Below are positions 36,247 through 44,350 of a stretch of 64,000 bases of DNA, in pieces (the stretch's first letter is position 1; the number at the start of each line of letters is the position of its first letter). The notes beneath the pieces were generated by a model. It was not told the DNA's origin and did not search any database. It saw only the letters and a program-made list of their open reading frames with translations. The position numbers were made by a program, and so were the translations under genes. Source of the DNA: an uncultured Bacteroidales bacterium (GTDB lineage Bacteria > Bacteroidota > Bacteroidia > Bacteroidales > Muribaculaceae); contig CALZTY010000002.1 in NCBI GenBank assembly GCA_945829225.1, forward strand, positions 9,060-73,059. Reading direction: 5' to 3'.

Positions 36247-37359
36247 TTAATTAAACCAATAGTCCATGCGGCTGTCGAGAAGCGTTTGCAGTTCTGCGAT
36301 AGTCTGCTCAACAGCTTTCTTCTGCGCCTCAATCTGCTCAATTCGTTTAGCAAAATTTTCTTGTAGTTCTATGGGAGGTACTATCAACTCTAAATTTCTT
36401 AGAAAAACCAAAGTTAATTCTGCGAATACTGCACCTCGTAGATTCGCAAACTTTTCGATGATAACTTTTGATAAAGCAAATTTCAACCATTTGCTTGAAT
36501 AAACATCATGATTAACATGAATCCATAACACACGGCCATCTTTGAAATACAGAGGGTCAGGCGTGTTTACTTCCCAAACATATCCGTCGGGGTTAATAGA
36601 CGGTATGAGTAAATCGTTCAATTTAGGGACGCCAGTAATAGCTTTGACTTTTTCATAATGTTCGGGAGTTATGAACATTGTAAAAACACTTGAATCAAAA
36701 CTATTTTGTTTAGATAAAAGTGCGAGTTCGGTTCCTCGAATAAAAGGAATCCCGCTATCTACAACATCTTGGACGAGAACACGCTTGGCAGAAGATATTT
36801 CATTCCGTAGACCAAGTTTGTCAAACTTAAATCCTTTGGGGTTGGTAATTGGATCGCCGAAGAAGTCGTAGAAAAGGGATTGAGCGAGAGCGTCGAGGTT
36901 GCGAAGCAACTCGCGGCAATCTTCAATCGTCTCGTTTATCTTGTCAAGCTCCGCAACAATCCGCTCCTGCACCTCCATCGGCGGCACCGGCATTTTGATA
37001 TTTAGCAAATCTTTTTTCACAAGACTTGGTATCGTGGTTGCCTTATTATGCTTTTCAAAATCATAAATTAAGCAGAAATAAAACAAAAATCGAGGATGTA
37101 TTGCATTTGAAGGAGACAGCCCAAAAGCTGTATCAACATTCCAGAACTTAGAGGATGTATAAATTGGTTTGTTTATATTTCCTTTTCTACCGATAACTGT
37201 GCAATTCTTAGGACACAAATAATCATTAGCATAGCCCATTATGCCTCCACTTCCATATATAGGATATTTACCGTGTGGATTTTCTACAGATTTCTGATTC
37301 TTACCATTTATAATAATCAGAACATCTTTCCAATATTTATACTCCCAGTTATGCTTCAT
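36247..37359 (-). CDS. hsdS: Type I R-M specificity subunit
   Basis: About 370 aa from MKHNWEYKYW (ATG 37359). Two target-recognition halves separated by a conserved coiled spacer (MEVQERIVAELDKINETIEDCRELLRNLDALAQSLF) and ending in a matching helix (LQENFAKRIEQIEAQKKAVEQTIAELQTLLDS). Confidence 0.85.
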   Translation of the reverse strand: MKHNWEYKYWKDVLIIINGKNQKSVENPHGKYPIYGSGGIMGYANDYLCPKNCTVIGRKGNINKPIYTSSKFWNVDTAFGLSPSNAIHPRFLFYFCLIYDFEKHNKATTIPSLVKKDLLNIKMPVPPMEVQERIVAELDKINETIEDCRELLRNLDALAQSLFYDFFGDPITNPKGFKFDKLGLRNEISSAKRVLVQDVVDSGIPFIRGTELALLSKQNSFDSSVFTMFITPEHYEKVKAITGVPKLNDLLIPSINPDGYVWEVNTPDPLYFKDGRVLWIHVNHDVYSSKWLKFALSKVIIEKFANLRGAVFAELTLVFLRNLELIVPPIELQENFAKRIEQIEAQKKAVEQTIAELQTLLDSRMDYWFN

Positions 37360-37906
37360 GACTGTTGCGGTAAATAGTTCTTGCGTTATACATTTGCTCT
37401 TTGATGCCACCATTTTGGAGGAAGTCAGCTTGAAGCCTCTCGATATAATTCCTGAGCAACATATCAGCTTGATGTATCAGAGTGATTGCAATATTGCAGA
37501 TTGTCTCATCGCTCCTCTTTACGATTGCTTCCCGATAAAATGCGGATTCGTTGTGGCGAGCACATACGCGACGAGTTTGGACCGCCTTTTCTGAGTTTAT
37601 ATTCCATAGAGATAGATTTCTGACCCTCAGGTAATCTTCATAATCCAGCAATAATTCTTGCAGGCTTGCCTTGGCAACGGTGAGAAGTTTAATTTCGCTT
37701 TCGACAGACGCTGTGCCGTCCTCACATCCTTCGGCAATGTTCTGTCGTCCACTGCGGGCAGCTTGTATCATTTGGTCAACAGTACGGTCATTCGCCTTGA
37801 GATATTTGTGGGCAAAGTAATATGTAATATCATAGATACATTCCGCTTTCTGGAATGCAATCAAATCTCTATAATTACCTTTTTGCTGAAGGAATGTTTT
37901 TGCCAT
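37349..37906 (-). CDS. Four-helix-bundle protein (formerly 23S rRNA-intervening-sequence protein family) with a C-terminal suffix domain
   Basis: 185 aa. YRDLIAFQKAECIYDITYYF...QMIQAARSGRQNIAEG matches the four-helix-bundle family pattern, followed by an extra ~70-aa C-terminal region. Inserted between hsdM and hsdS. Confidence 0.7.
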   Translation of the reverse strand: MAKTFLQQKGNYRDLIAFQKAECIYDITYYFAHKYLKANDRTVDQMIQAARSGRQNIAEGCEDGTASVESEIKLLTVAKASLQELLLDYEDYLRVRNLSLWNINSEKAVQTRRVCARHNESAFYREAIVKRSDETICNIAITLIHQADMLLRNYIERLQADFLQNGGIKEQMYNARTIYRNSHEA

Positions 37907-37934
37907 CGGGTTGTGATTATCTACATTTATTAAT

Positions 37935-37970
37935 TATAGGGCCTATAGGGCGTATAGGGCGTATAGTCGA
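37935..37970. repeat. 9-bp tandem repeat, tatagggcS x3 plus a partial copy
   Basis: tatagggcc (37935-37943), tatagggcg (37944-37952), tatagggcg (37953-37961) and tatagtcga (37962-37970). Located 3 nt downstream of the hsdM stop codon. Confidence 0.85.
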
Positions 37971-37973
37971 GGG

Positions 37974-39479
37974 CTATTGCTTATTGATTAGAGAATGGAG
38001 CGAATTGATGCCGTCGGTAATTTTGGCGGCAAGAGCAGCGGCGCGACCTATAAGAACCTCGGGAGCTTCGTATTCTACGACTTCGCGAATTGTCTCTTTG
38101 TAAGTGTTGAAAGCGAGGTCGTAGTCGTGTTCGCGGATTTCATCGACCGGCACGAGGAACGACTTGTCGGTGCGTGTGCGGTCGGCTTCCGCATCGAGAG
38201 CTTGGAAACGTGCGATGATGTCGGGAATGTCGTTGTCGGAAATGGGATTGCGCTTGTCATCAAGCGAAAAACCGTCGGCTTTCATGTCGTAGAACCAAAC
38301 CTTATCAGTGCCGCCCGCTTCTGTTTTTGTAAAAATCAGGATAGCGGTAGATACGCCGGCATAAGGTTTGAATACACCTGACGGCATGGAGATAACCGCT
38401 TCGAGGCGGTTATCGTCGACGATAGCTTTACGGATAGCTTTGTGAGCGTTTGAGGTACCGGTCAAAACGCCATCGGGAACGATGGAAGCGCATCGACCGC
38501 CAAGGGCGAGCGAGCGCAAGAAAAGCGCGAGGAACAGCAGCTCGGTTTTCTTCGTTTTGGCTGTGGCGAGAAGCGATTTAGATACCGCCTCGTAGTCGAG
38601 ATTACCGGCAAACGGAGGATTTGCAAGAATCAGAGTGTAGCGGTCGGTATCGGTGTTGTCGCTCGAAAGCGAATCGCGGAATGCTACATCGGGGTTGTTG
38701 ATGTCATGGAGCATGAGGTTCATAGCACCGATGCGCAACATAGTTTGGTCGGTATCGAAGCCGTGAAGCATTGAGCGGCGGAAGTGTTCGTCGTTGTGCT
38801 GCTTCATCAGCTCTGCATGGTAGTGGTCCTTGATATACTTTGCGGTCTCAACGATAAAACCGGCGCTACCCATTGCGGGGTCGCAGACGGTATCGTTGAG
38901 CGTGGGGCGCATAAGCTCCACCATCATGCGGATAATGTGGCGCGGAGTGCGGAATTGTCCGTTTTTACCACTTGCCGCCATTTTGCCGAGGATATATTCG
39001 TACACGTCGCCCATCGTATCGCGGTCGTTCATTTCGAGCGTGTCGATACCGTCAACAATTTTGACGAGGGCGCGGGGCGAGGCAATCAGGAAGTTGGCAT
39101 TTCCCATAAAGCGCGAGTATGCCGAGTTTTCGCCACGGTTGAGGGTCTTGATATAAGGGAACACGTCGCGCTGAATAGTGCGGTACATCTCCTCGGCCGG
39201 CAAGTTCTTGAAGTAGTGCCAACGCAGATTGAGCATTGGCACATTCTCACCGGTCTCGGGGTTGTGCCATGAGCCATAATCGAAAGTGTCGTCGGAGGCA
39301 TGAGGCATATCAAGTTGTGAGTCCAAAGCTTCGCGCTGCATCTGGGCATCATCAAGCATCTTGATGAAGAATAAATATGTCATCTGTTCGAGCACTGTCA
39401 TGGGGTTGGTGATACCTGCACTCTCCCAGAAAGTGTCCCATATCTGGTCTATCTGATTTTTTATTTTACCTGTGATCAT
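37974..39479 (-). CDS. hsdM: Type I R-M N6-adenine DNA methyltransferase subunit
   Basis: 501 aa. AdoMet motif VCDPAMGSAGFI and catalytic motif LILANPPFAG. Confidence 0.92.
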   Translation of the reverse strand: MITGKIKNQIDQIWDTFWESAGITNPMTVLEQMTYLFFIKMLDDAQMQREALDSQLDMPHASDDTFDYGSWHNPETGENVPMLNLRWHYFKNLPAEEMYRTIQRDVFPYIKTLNRGENSAYSRFMGNANFLIASPRALVKIVDGIDTLEMNDRDTMGDVYEYILGKMAASGKNGQFRTPRHIIRMMVELMRPTLNDTVCDPAMGSAGFIVETAKYIKDHYHAELMKQHNDEHFRRSMLHGFDTDQTMLRIGAMNLMLHDINNPDVAFRDSLSSDNTDTDRYTLILANPPFAGNLDYEAVSKSLLATAKTKKTELLFLALFLRSLALGGRCASIVPDGVLTGTSNAHKAIRKAIVDDNRLEAVISMPSGVFKPYAGVSTAILIFTKTEAGGTDKVWFYDMKADGFSLDDKRNPISDNDIPDIIARFQALDAEADRTRTDKSFLVPVDEIREHDYDLAFNTYKETIREVVEYEAPEVLIGRAAALAAKITDGINSLHSLINKQ

Positions 39480-39492
39480 AATACTAGTTTAA

Positions 39493-39534
39493 TCCTTGGT
39501 TGCAAAGATACTAATTTTTTGTCATTTTTTTGAC
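39493..39534. repeat. Copy A of a ~42-bp direct repeat (contains the hsdM promoter box)
   Basis: tccttggttgcaaagatactaattttttgtcatttttttgac. Copy B at 39928-39970 differs by 4 substitutions and one extra T. Confidence 0.8.
39503..39510 (-). promoter_or_regulatory. -7-type promoter box (TATCTTTG) for hsdM
   Basis: Reverse complement of caaagata, 24 nt upstream of the ATG at 39479. Confidence 0.45.
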
Positions 39535-39867
39535 ATGGCGAATGTGTGACCAACTCAATTTGTGGCACACTGTGTCACAAATTGGAAAGGATAAGTAGAG
39601 TTGTCTCATCCTTCGCAAATTTGACGAATCGAATCCTTTGCCAAATTCTGCCGTGAGACGTGTTGATAACACATTGAGTAGGTTGTCACCATATGTAGCT
39701 TTGTATTTGCCTCCCTGTGCATTGACTATGAGTTTACCTACAGCCCAATATGCTTGTATCATTGTTGTGTTAACAGTAATAACAGCCGTATTTCTGGCAG
39801 ATATAAGGACCTTTTTAATGTCAGCATAAAGGTCATCGTAAAAGTCTTTATTTACCAAGTTATTCAT
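39511..39867 (-). pseudogene. Truncated DUF1016/YhcG-like gene (N-terminal fragment only)
   Basis: 118 aa. The N-terminal DUF1016 pattern (IQAYWAVGKLIV...FSSSNLRRMRQLY...LSWSH) stops where the PD-(D/E)xK nuclease part should begin. The last 8 codons are read from repeat copy A. Confidence 0.6.
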
Positions 39868-39927
39868 ATATCATGTTACATCAAAGGGTATAGGCAAATT
39901 GCGGCTATATTATTATTTAGATTGCGT

Positions 39928-39970
39928 TCCTTGTTTGTAAAGGTGCTAATTTTTTGTCATTTTTTTTGAC
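39928..39970. repeat. Copy B of the ~42-bp direct repeat
   Basis: tccttgtttgtaaaggtgctaattttttgtcattttttttgac. Its -7 box is degenerate (CACCTTTA). Confidence 0.8.
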
Positions 39971-40176
39971 CGGGAATTATTGTTTGATGATAGATTTGTA
40001 ACATTTTTGTAGCATTTTCGAGCGGTTGGTGGATTTTAGTTGTATGTGTTAGTGAAAATGCGGGGCAATGCCACTCGAAGGGTGTTTTTGGTGGCAAAAT
40101 GACAGTAAAGTGATAAAGAATGTTAAATGCCGAAAAATAGTTGCGAAAAGTTATGTTTTATAACATAAAATGTTTG

Positions 40177-40184
40177 TACTTTTG
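40177..40184 (+). promoter_or_regulatory. Orphan -7-type box (TACTTTTG) ahead of two plus-strand terminators
   Basis: Matches TAnnTTTG. No annotated plus-strand gene lies between it and the terminators at 40224-40296. Confidence 0.35.
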
Positions 40185-40223
40185 TGCAGTGTTTTTCATG
40201 GTATTAGATTTAAGGTTAAAAGA

Positions 40224-40253
40224 TTGCTCGTCGGGATGACGAGTAATTTTTTT
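40224..40253 (+). terminator. Intrinsic terminator 1 with no upstream plus-strand gene
   Basis: ttgctcgtc / gacgagtaa stem with loop gggat, followed by T7 (40247-40253). Confidence 0.6.
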
Positions 40254-40269
40254 GCCTTAATCGTTTTCA

Positions 40270-40296
40270 GGGCGCAGTAGCGCCTATTTTTTTTTT
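40270..40296 (+). terminator. Intrinsic terminator 2 with no upstream plus-strand gene
   Basis: gggcgc agta gcgcct hairpin followed by T10 (40287-40296). Confidence 0.55.
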
Positions 40297-40304
40297 GCCC
40301 ATAC

Positions 40305-40342
40305 TTGGCGCAATCTCACTAAAAATACCACGATTGCGCCAA
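40305..40342. other. Perfect 11-bp inverted repeat with a 16-nt loop upstream of the yfhO promoter
   Basis: ttggcgcaatc (40305-40315) / gattgcgccaa (40332-40342). Confidence 0.7.
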
Positions 40343-40380
40343 CTTTCAACCTCCAATCTTGGCATAATCTTATTTTTTTG

Positions 40381-40388
40381 TACCTTTG
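40381..40388 (+). promoter_or_regulatory. -7-type promoter box (TACCTTTG) for the YfhO-like gene
   Basis: Matches TAnnTTTG, 21 nt upstream of the ATG at 40409. Confidence 0.45.
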
Positions 40389-40408
40389 CACGATAATTGA
40401 TTTTGGAA

Positions 40409-43078
40409 ATGGAAAAAACGACAAATATATGGGCGCGAGTGGGGCAATGGCTCCGCCGCCCGCAGGTGTGGGGCTTCGCCGTGTCGGTGGCAGTGATAGC
40501 CATCGTGTCGATAGCCTTCTTCTATCCCGACAACATTGATGGCAACAGCCTGCGCCAGGCTGATATGATGCAGGGCGCCGCCAATGGTCACGAGGGTGTG
40601 GTGTACGAGCAGCAGACCGGCGAGAAGGCGCTGTGGACCAACTCGCTGTTCAGCGGCATGCCCGCCTATCAGATTTCACCCTCTTACCCATCCAACAGCC
40701 TCTTCACATCGCTCAACGACCTGTTTGGCTTCAAGTTGCCGGCGCCGTCCAACTTGCTGTTTATGATGATGTTTGGCTTCCTCATCCTCATGTTTGCCAT
40801 GGGCATGCAGTGGTACTATGCCCTCATCGGCTCGCTGGCGTGGGGCTTCTCGTCCTACTTTGTCATCATCATCGGCGCCGGGCACATCTGGAAGTTTGTC
40901 ACCCTGTGCTACATACCGCCCACGATAGCGGGCTTGGTGCTCGCCTATCGCGGCAAATACCTTGCCGGTGGTGCTCTCACCGCCCTATTTGCCATGCTCC
41001 AACTCAATGCCAACCACCCGCAGATGTCTTACTACTTTGCCTGGGTGATGGCGGCATTGGTCATCGCCTGGCTCGTGGAGGCGGCGCGTAAAGGGCAGAT
41101 GCGTCGCTGGCTCATCGCCTCGGCTGTGGTCCTCGGCGCCGGCACTCTGGCTATCTGTGCCAACCTTCCCTCGATATACCATACCTATGAATATAGCAAG
41201 GAGACCAAGCGTGCCGACAGCGAACTGACCCCGCTGACCACCGCCACCGCTACCGCCGAGCCGGCATCGCGCCCAACCGGTGGCATGCCCTACGACCAGA
41301 TTGTGGGCTGGAGTTACGGCAAGTCGGAGTCATTCTCGCTCCTCATCCCCAATATCAAAGGCGGCGCATCTGCCAAGCCCATCGAGGGGCAAATGGCTTA
41401 CTATAGCCTCAATTACCTCGACGAGGCGCGTCCCTACGACAACACCGCCGCAGCGACACTGCTCAACTACATGCCCCAGTACTACAACGACTCGGAGGGC
41501 ACCAACGGTCCGGTTTATGTGGGTGCTGCCGTGTGCTTGCTCTTCCTCATCGGCTGCTTCATCATCAAGGGTCCCGTCAAGTGGGCGCTCGTGGTGGTCA
41601 CCATCCTATCGCTGTTGCTGTCGTGGGGCAAAAATATGGAGTGGCTCACCGACATATTTATATATAATGTGCCGCTGTACAACAAATTCCGCGCTGTCGA
41701 GAGTATCTTGGTCATTGCCGAGTTTACCATGCCGTTGCTGGCTATCATGGCATTGCACCGCCTGCTGAGCGACCGACAAGTCATCTTCACCCACCGCCGC
41801 CACATCATCGCCGCCACCGTCATCTGTGGCGTGCTGTGCCTCGCGGCTTGGCTCGTCCCCTCGATTTACGGCGATGCGGTCACCGCCACTGATGCCGAGA
41901 TGTCGCTCAACCTCGCTCAGCAATACGAGCAATATGCCCTCCAGAGCGGCTACTCGGCTGCCGACGCTCAGCAACTGGCTTATCAAGTGTCGCTCGCCAA
42001 TCCCGACAACCTCAGCGCTGTGGAGACCCTGCGCTACGGTCTCACCCGTGCCGACGGCTTGCGCTCTTTGCTCTTTGTCCTAGTCGTTGCCGGCGCCATT
42101 CTGGGCTTCTATCGCGGCTGGTGCAAGCGATACACCGCTGTTGCCATCGTTGGCATCGCCATCCTCATCGACCTCTTCGCCGTCGACAAGCGATATGTCG
42201 ACAGCGAGAGTTTTGTCGAGGTGACCCCCACCACCGCCGACTTCACCCCCGATGCCATTGACAACTTAATCCTCACCGATACCTCATACTACCGCGTGCT
42301 GGACATCCCCGGCTTTCAACGCCCCGACCGCTCATACTTCCACCACTGCATCGGTGGCTACCATGCCGCCAAGTTGCGCCGATATGAGGACCTTATCCAG
42401 CGCCAACTCAACTATGCAGCGTCCTACGGCTACCTGCCCGAGTTGCGCATCGACAGTATCGCCGACCAATACACCGGCGAGGAACGCCAAGTGGTCGACC
42501 GCTTGCTTGCCTCATACCGCGTGCTCGATATGCTCAACGCTCGCTACATCATCACCGGCGAGCAGGGCATGCCCGTGCTGCGCAATCCCGATGCCCTGGG
42601 CAATGCCTGGCTCGTCGACCGCATCACCTATGTCGATAATGCCGATGCCGAGATGTCGGCACTGGACACCATCGACCCCGCAAGCGAGGCTGTCGCCGAC
42701 CGCCGCTTTGCCTCGGTGCTCGGCTCGCAATATGCTCCGCTCGACTCCTCAGCCACCATCACGCTGACTTCCTACTCGCCCAATCGCCTGCGCTACCGCA
42801 GCCACAGCGGCACCGATGCTCTCGCAGTATTCTCCGAGGTGTACTATCCTCACGGCTGGCATGCCACCATCGACGGCGCCGAGGTGCCGGTGGGACGCGT
42901 CAACTATCTGCTCCGCGCCATTGCCTTGCCTGCCGGCGACCATGAGGTGGAGTTGCGCTTTGACCCGCAGTCGCTGCACACCACGGGCACCATTGCCACC
43001 ATTGCCATCATACTCATCTATTTATTAGCGCTCCTCGCCATAGCCGACCCGCTGTACCATGCTGCCTCGCACGCTTAA
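40409..43078 (+). CDS. YfhO-family polytopic membrane protein (putative glycosyltransferase)
   Basis: About 889 aa from MEKTTNIW. Many TM helices in the N-terminal two-thirds, a large C-terminal soluble region and a final TM, which is the YfhO-like layout. Confidence 0.65.
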   Translation: MEKTTNIWARVGQWLRRPQVWGFAVSVAVIAIVSIAFFYPDNIDGNSLRQADMMQGAANGHEGVVYEQQTGEKALWTNSLFSGMPAYQISPSYPSNSLFTSLNDLFGFKLPAPSNLLFMMMFGFLILMFAMGMQWYYALIGSLAWGFSSYFVIIIGAGHIWKFVTLCYIPPTIAGLVLAYRGKYLAGGALTALFAMLQLNANHPQMSYYFAWVMAALVIAWLVEAARKGQMRRWLIASAVVLGAGTLAICANLPSIYHTYEYSKETKRADSELTPLTTATATAEPASRPTGGMPYDQIVGWSYGKSESFSLLIPNIKGGASAKPIEGQMAYYSLNYLDEARPYDNTAAATLLNYMPQYYNDSEGTNGPVYVGAAVCLLFLIGCFIIKGPVKWALVVVTILSLLLSWGKNMEWLTDIFIYNVPLYNKFRAVESILVIAEFTMPLLAIMALHRLLSDRQVIFTHRRHIIAATVICGVLCLAAWLVPSIYGDAVTATDAEMSLNLAQQYEQYALQSGYSAADAQQLAYQVSLANPDNLSAVETLRYGLTRADGLRSLLFVLVVAGAILGFYRGWCKRYTAVAIVGIAILIDLFAVDKRYVDSESFVEVTPTTADFTPDAIDNLILTDTSYYRVLDIPGFQRPDRSYFHHCIGGYHAAKLRRYEDLIQRQLNYAASYGYLPELRIDSIADQYTGEERQVVDRLLASYRVLDMLNARYIITGEQGMPVLRNPDALGNAWLVDRITYVDNADAEMSALDTIDPASEAVADRRFASVLGSQYAPLDSSATITLTSYSPNRLRYRSHSGTDALAVFSEVYYPHGWHATIDGAEVPVGRVNYLLRAIALPAGDHEVELRFDPQSLHTTGTIATIAIILIYLLALLAIADPLYHAASHA

Positions 43079-43544
43079 ACGACTGCGTCACCGCCGAGGC
43101 TTCGGCATACATTCGCCGTGGGCGTACACCTTCGTGCGCGAGGTGCTATGCCCTCGGCGCGGCTATGCCTACTATGCCTACTGTGGCTTGCCTCGCCTCC
43201 ACGGGCATATCAACGAGCGTCTACTCTTCCGTTTGATAGTTGCCCTACAACCGGCGAGTGTGGCTGTCGCCGGCGCTACCGAGAGCCGTTTAGGGGCGGT
43301 ACGCACAATCGTCGCGGCTGCATGCCCCGGCTGTGCCATCGTCGATGGCGATGCCGACCTCTTGCTGTGCTTCGGGCGTCAAGCCCCTGCGTCACAGAGC
43401 CGACATGCCATATATGTCGACCGACGCAATCCCGCCGTGGGGCATATTACACCGGCTCACCGCGGCACCCTCTTCCGCAGTCGCCACTGTGCCATCTTCA
43501 TCGCCCGCGATGTCGACTTCTCATGTTTAGATGTGCCACTTTAG
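43059..43544 (+). CDS. Conserved hypothetical protein, possibly a degenerate methyltransferase-like fold
   Basis: 161 aa. RGFGIHSPWAYTFVREVL at the N-terminus. Overlaps the yfhO-like stop by 20 nt. Confidence 0.45.
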   Translation: MLPRTLKRLRHRRGFGIHSPWAYTFVREVLCPRRGYAYYAYCGLPRLHGHINERLLFRLIVALQPASVAVAGATESRLGAVRTIVAAACPGCAIVDGDADLLLCFGRQAPASQSRHAIYVDRRNPAVGHITPAHRGTLFRSRHCAIFIARDVDFSCLDVPL

Positions 43545-43650
43545 TCGCTCGATGCTTGAAATTTTGCCATTTTTATCGGCTTTTTCTTATATTGTGTACT
43601 AATTTATGTTAAATTCCTTATTAATTTGTACTATTTGTTAAGAAATTATG

Positions 43651-43658
43651 TAACTTTG
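43651..43658 (+). promoter_or_regulatory. -7-type promoter box (TAACTTTG)
   Basis: 36 nt upstream of the ATG at 43694. Confidence 0.45.
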
Positions 43659-43693
43659 CCACAAACATATGGTACAAACAAACTTTCATTACT

Positions 43694-44164
43694 ATGCAGA
43701 CCATCGATAATCTCGACCGTAAGATTTTGCAAATCATCATGCGCAACGCACGTATACCGTCCAAGGATGTTGCTGTGGCATGTGGGGTTTCACGAGCAGC
43801 CATCCACCAGCGCATCCAGCGACTCATTGAGTTGGATGTCATCACCGGCTCGGGCTACACTGTTAACCCTAAAGTCCTGGGCTACACCACTTGCACATAC
43901 ATTGGTGTCAACCTCGAGCGCGGCGCTATGTACCGCGACGTGGTCCCCGAATTGGAGAAGATACCCGAGATTGTCGAGTGCCACTTCACCACCGGTCCTT
44001 ACACCATGCTCATCAAGTTGTATGCTCGTGACAACGAGCAACTTATGGACCTGCTCAACAACAAGATACAGATGATTCCGGGCGTCACCGGCACCGAGAC
44101 TCTCATCTCGCTCGACCAGTCTATCGACCGCACCATCCCCACCAATGAACCAAAAGTGCGCTAA
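43694..44164 (+). CDS. Lrp/AsnC-family transcriptional regulator
   Basis: 156 aa. LDRKILQIIMRNARIPSKDVAVACGVSRAAIHQRIQRL HTH followed by a RAM/ACT-like C-terminal domain. Confidence 0.9.
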   Translation: MQTIDNLDRKILQIIMRNARIPSKDVAVACGVSRAAIHQRIQRLIELDVITGSGYTVNPKVLGYTTCTYIGVNLERGAMYRDVVPELEKIPEIVECHFTTGPYTMLIKLYARDNEQLMDLLNNKIQMIPGVTGTETLISLDQSIDRTIPTNEPKVR

Positions 44165-44217
44165 CGCAATTATCCCATATAGGGCTATCAAGCCCATAAA
44201 GTGACGTTTTGATTAGT

Positions 44218-44259
44218 ATAGTGGAGGCGAGTCGTTGAGCAACGACTCGCCTCCACTAT
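44218..44259 (+). terminator. Perfect 19-bp palindrome (copy 1), likely the Lrp-family gene terminator
   Basis: atagtggaggcgagtcgtt gagc aacgactcgcctccactat. The core recurs at 46588-46617 with the loop reverse-complemented. Confidence 0.5.
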
Positions 44260-44322
44260 TCTCCATACCAAGATGTTTCGTTAAAAAATTATTCTTTGAC
44301 GTAATATCTTGGCGATTTTTAT

Positions 44323-44330
44323 TAACTTTG
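44323..44330 (+). promoter_or_regulatory. -7-type promoter box (TAACTTTG) for mntA-hepT
   Basis: 21 nt upstream of the ATG at 44351. Confidence 0.45.
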
Positions 44331-44350
44331 CAATCGGTAAGTACAGATAT

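Noticed and set aside
36247-37359. Phase-variable hsdS shufflon (invertible specificity genes).
   Set aside because: There is only one hsdS gene. The window has no silent half-hsdS cassettes, no long inverted repeats within hsdS and no adjacent tyrosine or serine recombinase.
32791-40400. tRNA-targeted integrative element carrying the Type I R-M system.
   Set aside because: No integrase or recombinase is present, and no duplicated tRNA 3'-end (att-like) sequence is visible at the far edge. The island abuts the 5' side of the tRNA rather than its 3' end. Only the compositional contrast supports horizontal acquisition.
40267-40591. Minus-strand ORFs at 40267-40503 (78 aa) and 40370-40591 (73 aa).
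   Set aside because: They run across the plus-strand terminators, the yfhO promoter box and the start of the well-supported YfhO-like gene. They have no motifs and an implausible context.
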